64,000 bases of DNA, taken from assembly GCA_963708135.1 (NCBI GenBank), contig OY970192.1, positions 1,024,001 to 1,088,000 on the forward strand. The letters are read 5' to 3'. Positions 56,812-64,000 of the stretch are shown piece by piece. Position 1 is the stretch's first letter. Each line of letters begins with the position of its first letter. The translations under genes and the position numbers were made by a program. Below the pieces are notes generated by a model, which was not told the origin of the DNA, made no database searches, and saw nothing but the letters and a program-made list of their open reading frames with translations. Source of the DNA: an uncultured Gemmatimonadales bacterium. Its GTDB lineage: Bacteria; Gemmatimonadota; Gemmatimonadetes; Longimicrobiales; RSA9.

Positions 56812-57710
56812 TCAGGGCGGCCGCGCGTACCAGTCCGCGCGGGTGGGAGGCAGGCCGCTCTCGTCGCGGGTCTCCTTCTGGAGCAGCGTCTGGTAGAGGT
56901 TCATGCCGCTGGTGCGGAACTGGTGGGCAGCGGCGCCGAACACCAGGCGCCATGCGCGGTAAACGGCGCGGCCGACGAGCCGCTCGGCATCGGCCTGGCG
57001 GGCGTCGAGGCGACGCAGCCAGTGGCGCAGGGTCCACATGTAGTGCTCCCTGAGCGACTCGACATCGCGGACTTCGAAGCCCGCGAGCTCCGCCGCTCGC
57101 AGGGCGGTGCAGAGCGGCACGAGATCATGGTCGGGGAAGACGTAGGTGGCGGCGAAGGTGGAACCGGGGGAGCCATCGTCCGCCCGTCCCGCGATGGCGT
57201 GGTTGAGGAAGAGCCCGCCGGGCCGCAGCAGGCGGGCGGCGTGGGCGAAGTACTCGCTCGCCCTGGCGGCGCCGACGTGCTCGAACATCCCGACGCTGGC
57301 CACCTTGTCGAAGGGCTCCGGCGCCTCGAGCTCGCGGTAGTCGCGCAGCGCCGGGCCTCGCCCATCTCGAGGCGCAGCAGCGCCGCCAGAATGCGCATCC
57401 GGTCGGCCAGCCGCCGCGGCCGCGAGAGGAGCGCGTCGCCGACGGCCGCGGCGGCTTCCACGTCGCCCTCGAAGTCCAGCTCGTCCGCCATGTACGCCTC
57501 GCCGAGCCCGCGGTCATCGCGCGCGCGGATGAGCTCGCGCAGCACCCGGGGCGAGCGCAGCACGAGCGTGAAGCGCACCGGCAGGCGGGGATCGCCGCGC
57601 CACTCGCGGCCGTCCCAGAGGCGGACGAGGAACGGCCGCTCGGCGAGCCCGTCGAACAGCGCGCCGAGCAGGGTGAAGGTCGTGTCCGGTTCGATGGCCT
57701 GGGTGCTCAT
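56812..57710 (-). pseudogene. cfa: Cyclopropane-fatty-acyl-phospholipid synthase-family gene with internal deletion and frameshift
   Basis: N part (VRLWDG, LGEAY..DFEGD) joined out of frame near 57350 to C part (DYRE, FDKVASVGMFEHVG, YVFPD, VESLREHY, YRAW); SAM-binding DIGCGWG segment absent. Confidence 0.88.
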
Positions 57711-57908
57711 GGGCGTGTGCCGGTCAGGGGATCGATCGTGCGGGCTCGCGGTCGGCTGCGCGGACGCGGGCCAGGCGCCTCGCTGGGCCGTCCCGCGCGC
57801 TGACGTGCGCTCGGGGCGGAACGCCCCCGCGCGCGGGAAGCGGGGCCGGGGCGTCCCGGGCGGGGGCAGAAGGTCCCGTCGGAGTCGCGATGCGGGGCGG
57901 CGGCAACT

Positions 57909-57930
57909 CGACAATGCGTTGTCGTATAAT
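57909..57930 (+). promoter_or_regulatory. Palindromic operator abutting a consensus -10 box
   Basis: CGACAA-TGCG-TTGTCG (57909-57924) immediately followed by TATAAT (57925-57930). Confidence 0.7.
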
Positions 57931-58076
57931 GATATGTGGAATGGCCGACCAGGTGGCGGGTCGGGCACGGAACGCGCAGCGGAGCGGGCCCGGGCCGCGA
58001 GTGCGCGGCCCGGGAGTGCCGCCGCCCCGTCGCGACGGCGCGCGCGCGGTCGGACGGGCGCAAGGGGAGAGCATCG

Positions 58077-59894
58077 ATGGGACTGTTCACGCGCGATCTG
58101 ATCCTGTTGCACCCGCCGAGCGTCTACGACTTCAGGTCGGATGAAGCCTTGCTGGGCCCGGTGAGCGACGTCGTGCCGTCGTCGCCGGTGTTCGAGATGT
58201 ACCCGATGGGGCTGACGAGCATCGCGCACCGGCTGGAGACCGAGGGGTTCAACGTCACGATCGTGAACGTGGCGTACCGGATGCTGCGGGACCCCGGCTA
58301 CGATGCGGCGGCGGAAATCGCGCGGCTCGAGCCGAAGCTGTTCGGCATCGACCTGCACTGGCTGCCGCATGCGCACGGTGCGCTGGAGCTGGCGCGGATC
58401 GTCAAGGAGGCGCATCCGGAGATTCCGCTGATCATGGGCGGCCTGAGCGCATCGTACTACTGGGAGGAGCTGATCCGCTACCCCTTCGTGGACCTGGTGA
58501 TGCGGGGGGACTCCACGGAGGAGCCGATGCTGGCGCTGATGCGGGCGCTTCGGCGGGGCAGCACGCTCACGGACGTGCCGAACCTGGTGTGGAAGGACGA
58601 GGCGGGGCGGGTGGTGGACAACGGGCTGACGCACGTCCCCTCGGACATCGATGGCGTCTCGCTGCCGAACATCATGTACGTGATCCGGTCGGTGTTCAAG
58701 TACGGCAGCCTGGCGAACGTGATGCCGTACGTGGACTGGCTGGACTACCCGATGACGGCGCTGCTGACGTCGCGGGGGTGCAGCTTCGACTGCGCGATCT
58801 GCGGCGGCTCGCGCTCGGCGTACCGTCAGATCTGCAACCGTACGCGGCCGGCGTTCCGCTCGCCCGAGGCGCTGGTGCGCGACATCCGCGAGATCCGCGG
58901 CTTCAGCCGCGCGCCGATCATGCTGCTGAACGACGTACGGCAGGGGGGAGCGGAGCACGCGGCGAGGTTCCTGGAGCTGCTGGCGCGGGAGCGGGTGAAG
59001 AACGAGCTGATCGTGGAGCTGTTCTTCCCGGTTCGGGACGACTTTTTCGAGCGGCTGGCGGGCGCGGTGCCGCACTTCAGCGTGGAGATCACGCTCGAGT
59101 CGCACAAGGAGGAGATCCGGCGGCTGAACGGCAAGCTGGCGTGCAGCAACGAGGAGATCGAGGCGACGATCGCGAAAGCGCTGGCCGCCGGCGTGAACCG
59201 CGTGGACCTGTTCTTCATGGTGGGGCTGCCGAAGCAGAGCTACGCCGACGCGGTGGGCTGTGTGGACTACTGCCGCTCGCTGCTGGAGCGCTTCAGGGGC
59301 GATCGGCGGCTGTGGTTCTTCGTCGCGCCGCTGGCGCCGTTCCTGGATCCGGGCAGCCGGGTGTTCGAGGCGCCCGAGCAGTTCGGCGTGACGCGGCGGT
59401 GGCGCACGCTCGAGGAGCACCGGCAGGCGCTCGCGGGCCCGACGTGGAAGCACATCCTGAATTACGAGACGGACGCGATGACGCGCGACCAGATCGTGGA
59501 TGCGACGTACGAGGCCGCGCTCCGGCTGGCGCTGCTGAAGTGGGAGTACGGCTCGATCGACGTCGCGGCGATGGCGGAGATCGCGGGGAAGGTGGCGAAG
59601 TCGCGCAGCGCGATCCGGGAGGTGGATGCGATCCTGGCGCTGCCGGAGGGGGAGGAGCGGACGCGGCGGCTGGAGGCCGTGAAGCGGCGGGCGCGCGAGC
59701 TGCGCGCGCAACCGGCGGGGTCGAAGGAAGTCATGAAGTGGCCGATCCGGCGGCGCTTCCGCTCGCTGCCGCGGCTGGGGCTGATCGGCGCGCGGCTGCT
59801 GGGCCGCGAAGTGTACCTGCTGCTGTTCAAGCGGCTGGGGCTCATGCTGGCCGAGCGGAGCCGTTCGCAGGGGACGCCGACTGCGGCGCGGTAG
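58077..59894 (+). CDS. B12-binding domain/radical SAM protein (resembles TIGR04190 family)
   Basis: DLILLHPPSVYDFR, GPVSDVVPSSPVFEMYP.G, IDLHWLPHAHG, GGLSA, RGCSFDCAICGGS, PFLDPGS. Confidence 0.88.
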   Translation: MGLFTRDLILLHPPSVYDFRSDEALLGPVSDVVPSSPVFEMYPMGLTSIAHRLETEGFNVTIVNVAYRMLRDPGYDAAAEIARLEPKLFGIDLHWLPHAHGALELARIVKEAHPEIPLIMGGLSASYYWEELIRYPFVDLVMRGDSTEEPMLALMRALRRGSTLTDVPNLVWKDEAGRVVDNGLTHVPSDIDGVSLPNIMYVIRSVFKYGSLANVMPYVDWLDYPMTALLTSRGCSFDCAICGGSRSAYRQICNRTRPAFRSPEALVRDIREIRGFSRAPIMLLNDVRQGGAEHAARFLELLARERVKNELIVELFFPVRDDFFERLAGAVPHFSVEITLESHKEEIRRLNGKLACSNEEIEATIAKALAAGVNRVDLFFMVGLPKQSYADAVGCVDYCRSLLERFRGDRRLWFFVAPLAPFLDPGSRVFEAPEQFGVTRRWRTLEEHRQALAGPTWKHILNYETDAMTRDQIVDATYEAALRLALLKWEYGSIDVAAMAEIAGKVAKSRSAIREVDAILALPEGEERTRRLEAVKRRARELRAQPAGSKEVMKWPIRRRFRSLPRLGLIGARLLGREVYLLLFKRLGLMLAERSRSQGTPTAAR

Positions 59895-59974
59895 CGGCGG
59901 CTGACTCTCCCACTTCGACTTTTCGCGTATATTGGCGCGGGGGAACGGAGAGGGCCGCCAGACCGGGGGGCGCG

Positions 59975-61906
59975 ATGAGGCTGGTGAGGGTCGGGATTGC
60001 GAGCGTGAACGCGACGGTCGGCGCGGTGCGGTCGAACGGAGCGGCGGTCGTGCGGGAGGCGCGGGCGCTGGCGGAGGCGGGGGTGGGGGTGGGGTGCTTT
60101 CCCGAGCAGGTGATCGGTGGCTACCCGCAGGAGGACCTGGTGCAGTGGGGCGCGTTCGTGGACGCGCAGCGTCGGGAGCTGGACGCCATCGCGCGGGAGA
60201 CGGCGGAGCTGCCGATGGTGCTGGTGCTGGGGGTGGTGGTGGGGGTGGACGGGCACCTGTTCAACACGGCGGCGGTGGTGCACCGGGGCGAGGTGCTGGG
60301 GTTCGTGCCGAAGGAGAAGCTGCCGACGTACAACGTGTTCTACGAGGCGCGGACGCTGTCGCGGGGTGGCCGGGGAGTGCTGCTGGACGCGGGCGGGGTG
60401 CTGCTGGACGCGGGCGGGGTGCCGCTCGGGGACCAGGTGTTCGCGTTCGACTTCGGGGTGATCGCGCCGGAGGTGTGCGAGGATGCGTGGACGCCGGACG
60501 GGCCGATGCGGCGGCGCTGCTACTCGGGCGCGGAGCTGGTGCTCAACATCTCCGCCTCTCCCTACCGGGTGGGCGTGGTCTCGACGCGGCGGGAGATGCT
60601 GGCCACGCGGTCGGCGGACAACCAGGCGACGGTGGTCTACGTGAACATGGTCGGCTCGCAGGACGGGCTCGTCTTCGATGGCGGCGGCTACGTGTTCCAG
60701 AACGGGCGGCTGATGCTGGACGCGCCGCGGTGGCAGGCGGGCGCGTGGACGGCGGTGGTGGACCTGGACCGGACGCGCCGGCTGCGGCGGGAGAACACGA
60801 CGTGGCGCTCGGACTCGGAGGCGTTTCACCGGGCGGGCAGGCCGGTGGCCGTGGTGGGGTCGAAGGCGCCGACGACGTCCCGCGAGGGGCTGCGCTACCC
60901 GTTGCCGCCGGCGAACAGCTTCTTCCTGCCGGCGCCGGGCCGGCCGGGTGCGACGCCGCGGGAGTCGGTGCTGGACGACCTGTTCGAGGCGGTGACGCTG
61001 GGGGTGGCGGACTACTTCCGGAAAGCGGGCGCGTTCCACGGCATCGGCGTGGCGCTCTCGGGCGGGCGGGACTCGCTGCTGACGCTGCTCGTCGCCTGGA
61101 ACGCGGTCGAGAGGCTGCGCCGCGAGGGTACACGGGGGATGGGTGGGGAGCCGCCGTGGCTGGCGGCGTTCTACATGCCGTCGCGGTTCTCGACGGCGGG
61201 GACGCGGGATGCGGCACGGACGATCGCGCGTGAGCTGGCGGTCCCGCTGGTGGAGGTGCCGATCGACGAGGCGTTCGAGCGGGAGACGGAAGCGACCAGG
61301 TCGCTGCTGGGGGGCGCGGCGCCGAGCCCGGTGACGCTGCAGAACATTCAGGCGCGGATCCGCGGGGCGCGCATGTGGAACTGGGCGAACACGGCGGGCG
61401 CGCTGTTCCTTCAGACGAGCGACATGAGCGAGAAGGCGGCGGGCTACACCACGATCGGCGGGGACCTGGAGGGTGCGCTGTCGCCGATCGCCAACATCCC
61501 GAAGACGGTGGTCATGGCGCTCCTGGCGCGGCTCCACGCTCGCTTCGGCTTCGAGGGGATCGCGGAGACACTCGCGACGCCGGCGGGGCCGGAGCTCGCG
61601 GCCGACCAGACGGCGGAGGCGGAGCTGATGCCGTTCGAGGTGCTGGACGCCTGCCTCTATCTCCACGCCGCGGAGAAGCTCGCGCCGGAGGAGGTGGCGG
61701 CGGTCCTGCCGGGACTCTTCCCGGAGGCCGATGCCGGTGTGCTCACGGGGTACGCCGCGCGCTTCGCGAAGCTGTTCAGCCGCTCGATCTACAAGTGGGT
61801 GCAGTCGCCGCTCACGCTGCACGTGGGCACGCTGGATCTGGAGCGCGAGCGCGCGCTCCAGATCCCCGTGGTGCAGCGGAACGAGTGGGGGCTGAAGGAG
61901 GACTGA
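59975..61906 (+). CDS. nadE: Glutamine-dependent NAD+ synthetase
   Basis: Nitrilase triad FPE, K in PKEKLPTY and CED; synthetase SGGRDS, QNIQARIR, SE..GYTT..GD. Confidence 0.93.
   Translation: MRLVRVGIASVNATVGAVRSNGAAVVREARALAEAGVGVGCFPEQVIGGYPQEDLVQWGAFVDAQRRELDAIARETAELPMVLVLGVVVGVDGHLFNTAAVVHRGEVLGFVPKEKLPTYNVFYEARTLSRGGRGVLLDAGGVLLDAGGVPLGDQVFAFDFGVIAPEVCEDAWTPDGPMRRRCYSGAELVLNISASPYRVGVVSTRREMLATRSADNQATVVYVNMVGSQDGLVFDGGGYVFQNGRLMLDAPRWQAGAWTAVVDLDRTRRLRRENTTWRSDSEAFHRAGRPVAVVGSKAPTTSREGLRYPLPPANSFFLPAPGRPGATPRESVLDDLFEAVTLGVADYFRKAGAFHGIGVALSGGRDSLLTLLVAWNAVERLRREGTRGMGGEPPWLAAFYMPSRFSTAGTRDAARTIARELAVPLVEVPIDEAFERETEATRSLLGGAAPSPVTLQNIQARIRGARMWNWANTAGALFLQTSDMSEKAAGYTTIGGDLEGALSPIANIPKTVVMALLARLHARFGFEGIAETLATPAGPELAADQTAEAELMPFEVLDACLYLHAAEKLAPEEVAAVLPGLFPEADAGVLTGYAARFAKLFSRSIYKWVQSPLTLHVGTLDLERERALQIPVVQRNEWGLKED
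60377..60418 (+). repeat. Perfect 21-bp tandem duplication within nadE
   Basis: GTGCTGCTGGACGCGGGCGGG x2, encoding VLLDAGG twice. Confidence 0.95.
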
Positions 61907-61913
61907 GCCGGGT

Positions 61914-62246
61914 CTAGACGCCGCTCGGCCACTCCTCGTCCTCGAAGCTGCGGGCGATCGCGCCCACCGTGTCCCTCAGCCCCTGCAGCTCGGCGGCGAG
62001 GTGCTGGTCCCCCTGCTGGAGCTCCTGGAAGCGGAGCTGGATCCGGTACCACGCGCCGCGCGCCTCATCCAGCTCCGTGCGGGCGGCGTCGGCGCGGGCG
62101 CGGACGCGCTCGTGCAGCGAGACATCCTCCGCCATGCCGGCGCACAGCTCCGACAGCGCGGCGAGCGCGCGCTCGACCGGCTCGTCGAAGACGGCCAGCT
62201 CATCGGCCTCGTGCGCCCCATCCTGCTTCTTCCGTTCAGTCGTCAT
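61914..62246 (-). CDS. Hypothetical helical/coiled-coil protein
   Basis: GGAGGT SD; ATGA-coupled to the usp remnant stop; acidic amphipathic helices. Confidence 0.7.
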   Translation of the reverse strand: MTTERKKQDGAHEADELAVFDEPVERALAALSELCAGMAEDVSLHERVRARADAARTELDEARGAWYRIQLRFQELQQGDQHLAAELQGLRDTVGAIARSFEDEEWPSGV

Positions 62247-62543
62247 GCCCACCTCCCGGGGTCGAGGTTCAGGTTCCAGTGCGGCAGCCGGGGCCGGACG
62301 AGCAGGACCGGCCGGGGGGCGGCACGCAGCACCTTGGCGGCCACGCTACCGAGGAACAGGCGGGCGGCACCGTGGCGCGCGTGCGTGGCCATGGCGATCA
62401 GATCGGCGCGGTCCCGCTCCGCGCAGGCGAGGATGCGCGGCGGGGAGGCGAGCGTGCGCGCGGGCGGCGATCACCTCGGCGTACGGCAGGCACTGCTCGA
62501 CGAAAGGCGAGCCGTCCAGCGGGACGACGATGGAGCGGAGCAA
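62243..62543 (-). pseudogene. Universal stress protein remnant (internal deletion, frameshift)
   Basis: SD GGGGAGG plus TTG; N-terminal RSIVVPLDGSPF in one frame and C-terminal [33 protein letters not shown] in another, junction near 62440. Confidence 0.85.
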
Positions 62544-62798
62544 GGCAGCCTCCCCACGACAGCCGCTAGGGTTCATCTTCGATCAAGGGAACAGGCGCGT
62601 TCCGTGCCGCTGAACCGGAAGGGCGAGGTCCCGGCGCCGGCGCGCGGAACCCGGTGTGACGCGGTCGTTTGTGGCGCCCGGCCCGATCGCGGCCGGAGTC
62701 GCGACGGCGCGCGTGGCGAGCCGATGAGAGACAGCGGATGGGGCGAATCGACCGGGTGAAGGGCCAGGGACACTGGTCGGGGGAGAGCGAGGGCGACC

Positions 62799-63782
62799 AT
62801 GAGAGCGATGATCCTCGAGGAGCAGCCGGGGCGGCTCCGGGCAAGGGAGGTGGCGCCACCGAAGGCGGGGGCGGGGCAGCTCGCGCTGGCGGTACGGGCG
62901 TGCGGTGTGTGCCGGACGGACCTGCACATCGTGGACGGCGAGCTCGCGCACCCGAAGCTGCCGCTCGTGCCGGGGCACCAGATCGTGGCCATCGTGGAGG
63001 CGGTCGGCGAGGGGGTGACGGGCTTCGCGCCGGGCGACGGGGTGGGCGTGCCATGGCTGGGGTGGACGTGCGGCGAATGCGTCTACTGCCGCTCGGGGCG
63101 CGAGAATCTGTGCGTGCGGGCCCGCTTCACGGGCTACGACCTGGACGGCGGCTTCGCGGAACGGACGGTGGCGGACGCGCGCTACTGCTTCCGGATCCCG
63201 GCCGGTTACCCGGACGCGCAGGCGGCGCCGCTGCTGTGCGCGGGGCTCATCGGCTACCGCGCGCTGGCCATGACGGGCGAGGCGAAGCGGCTGGGCTTCT
63301 ACGGCTTCGGCGCCGCCGCGCACATCCTGACGCAGGTGGCGGCGGCGCAGGGCCGCGAGGTGTACGCGTTCACGCGTCCGGGCGACGCGGAGGGGCAGGC
63401 CTTCGCGCGGGAGCTGGGCGCGTCGTGGGCGGGTGGAAGCGACGTGCTGCCGCCGGAGCCGCTGGAGGCGGCGATCCTGTTCGCACCGGTGGGCGCGCTC
63501 GTACCGGCCGCGCTGCGGGCCACGGCGGCGGGCGGGGTGGTGGTGTGCGCGGGCATCCACATGAGCGACATCCCCTCCTTCCCCTACGAGCTGCTGTGGG
63601 GCGAGCGGGTGGTGCGATCCGTGGCCAACCTGACGCGGGCGGACGGCATCGAGTTCCTGGCTTTGGCGCCCGGCGTTCCGGTGCACACGGAGGTGACGAG
63701 CTTCCCGCTGGACGCGGCGAACGAGGCCCTCGACGCGCTGCGCGCCGGAGACATCCGGGGCGCGGCGGTCGTGGTCCCGTGA
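62799..63782 (+). CDS. Zinc-dependent alcohol dehydrogenase family protein
   Basis: CGVCRTDLH, PGHQIV, CGECVYC..ENLC structural Zn site, APLLCAG, YGFGAAA. Confidence 0.95.
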   Translation: MRAMILEEQPGRLRAREVAPPKAGAGQLALAVRACGVCRTDLHIVDGELAHPKLPLVPGHQIVAIVEAVGEGVTGFAPGDGVGVPWLGWTCGECVYCRSGRENLCVRARFTGYDLDGGFAERTVADARYCFRIPAGYPDAQAAPLLCAGLIGYRALAMTGEAKRLGFYGFGAAAHILTQVAAAQGREVYAFTRPGDAEGQAFARELGASWAGGSDVLPPEPLEAAILFAPVGALVPAALRATAAGGVVVCAGIHMSDIPSFPYELLWGERVVRSVANLTRADGIEFLALAPGVPVHTEVTSFPLDAANEALDALRAGDIRGAAVVVP

Positions 63783-63952
63783 GCGCGGCGCCGGCGGCGG
63801 AAGGGCGCTCGGAGCGGCGTCCGCAGCCCCCGCCGGGGTTCCGACGGGGGCGGTCGTCGTGTGTGTCGGCCGAACGCCCTATCTTGCGCTTGGGAACAGG
63901 AGGGGCGGGCCACCTCCCCGCACCCACACCCCGTCCGATCGGAGGCCCATTG

Positions 63953-64000
63953 ATGCGCATCGACCGCCATGCACGCCGGCTCGCTTTCGCGGCTCTCGCC
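63953..64000 (+). CDS. Start of a probable exported protein (truncated by window edge)
   Basis: GGAGG at 63941, then MRIDRHARRLAFAALA, a signal-peptide-like N-terminus. Confidence 0.45.
   Translation, partial: MRIDRHARRLAFAALA

Noticed and set aside
57931..58076. Cobalamin riboswitch ahead of the B12 radical SAM gene (also considered at 62580-62760)
   Set aside because: Only generic GC hairpins; the conserved B12-box and core motifs are not recognisable. An Rfam scan would settle it.
1207..61822. Many long antisense or alternate-frame ORFs (e.g. 1207-3420, 3177-5879, 8386-10866, 37997-40498, 41865-44303, 59462-61822)
   Set aside because: They shadow well-supported genes, are Arg/Pro/Ala-rich and lack motifs; this is expected from stop-codon scarcity at very high GC.
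10320..61906. Apparent N-terminal extensions or fusions in the ORF track (rodA 10320, hisS 13046, proS 15141, lysA 16826, purN 49677, nadE 58589)
   Set aside because: The extensions overlap upstream genes in another frame; the real starts are defined by SD sites, stop-start overlaps and family N-termini.

Overview
Very GC-rich bacterial chromosomal window. Gene content and protein style suggest Gemmatimonadota (FCB group); this is inference, not a database result. The first ~53 kb is a dense, almost all plus-strand housekeeping backbone: ribF-rpsO-pnp-M16 peptidase-ald-dut; mreBCD-mrdA-rodA-accD-folC-hisS-proS-lysA-guaA; clpB; mce/trxA/rsmI; an exported four-gene module of unknown function; a JAB-DinG fusion helicase; valS; selA; gmhB; an iscA-like gene; purN-purH. 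The last ~11 kb is a decaying accessory region: a lipoprotein multiheme cytochrome c split by an IS21 element, internally deleted cfa and usp pseudogenes, a B12-binding radical SAM gene behind a palindromic operator, nadE and a Zn-alcohol dehydrogenase. An IS1182 element sits in the -10 box of a reconstructable sigma70 promoter. Best leads for undescribed biology: (1) heavy enrichment of the Bacteroidota O-glycosylation sequon D-[ST]-[AILVMT] in several exported proteins; (2) a dispersed family of telomere-like GGGTRR hexamer tracts, one in frame inside purH and 35 bp identical to an intergenic copy 15 kb away; (3) the JAB-DinG fusion; (4) the exported DUF4159/DUF4175-like/TPR/GATase-like module. 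No rRNA, tRNA or CRISPR array was seen. Family names come from motif recognition by eye and were not checked with HMMs.
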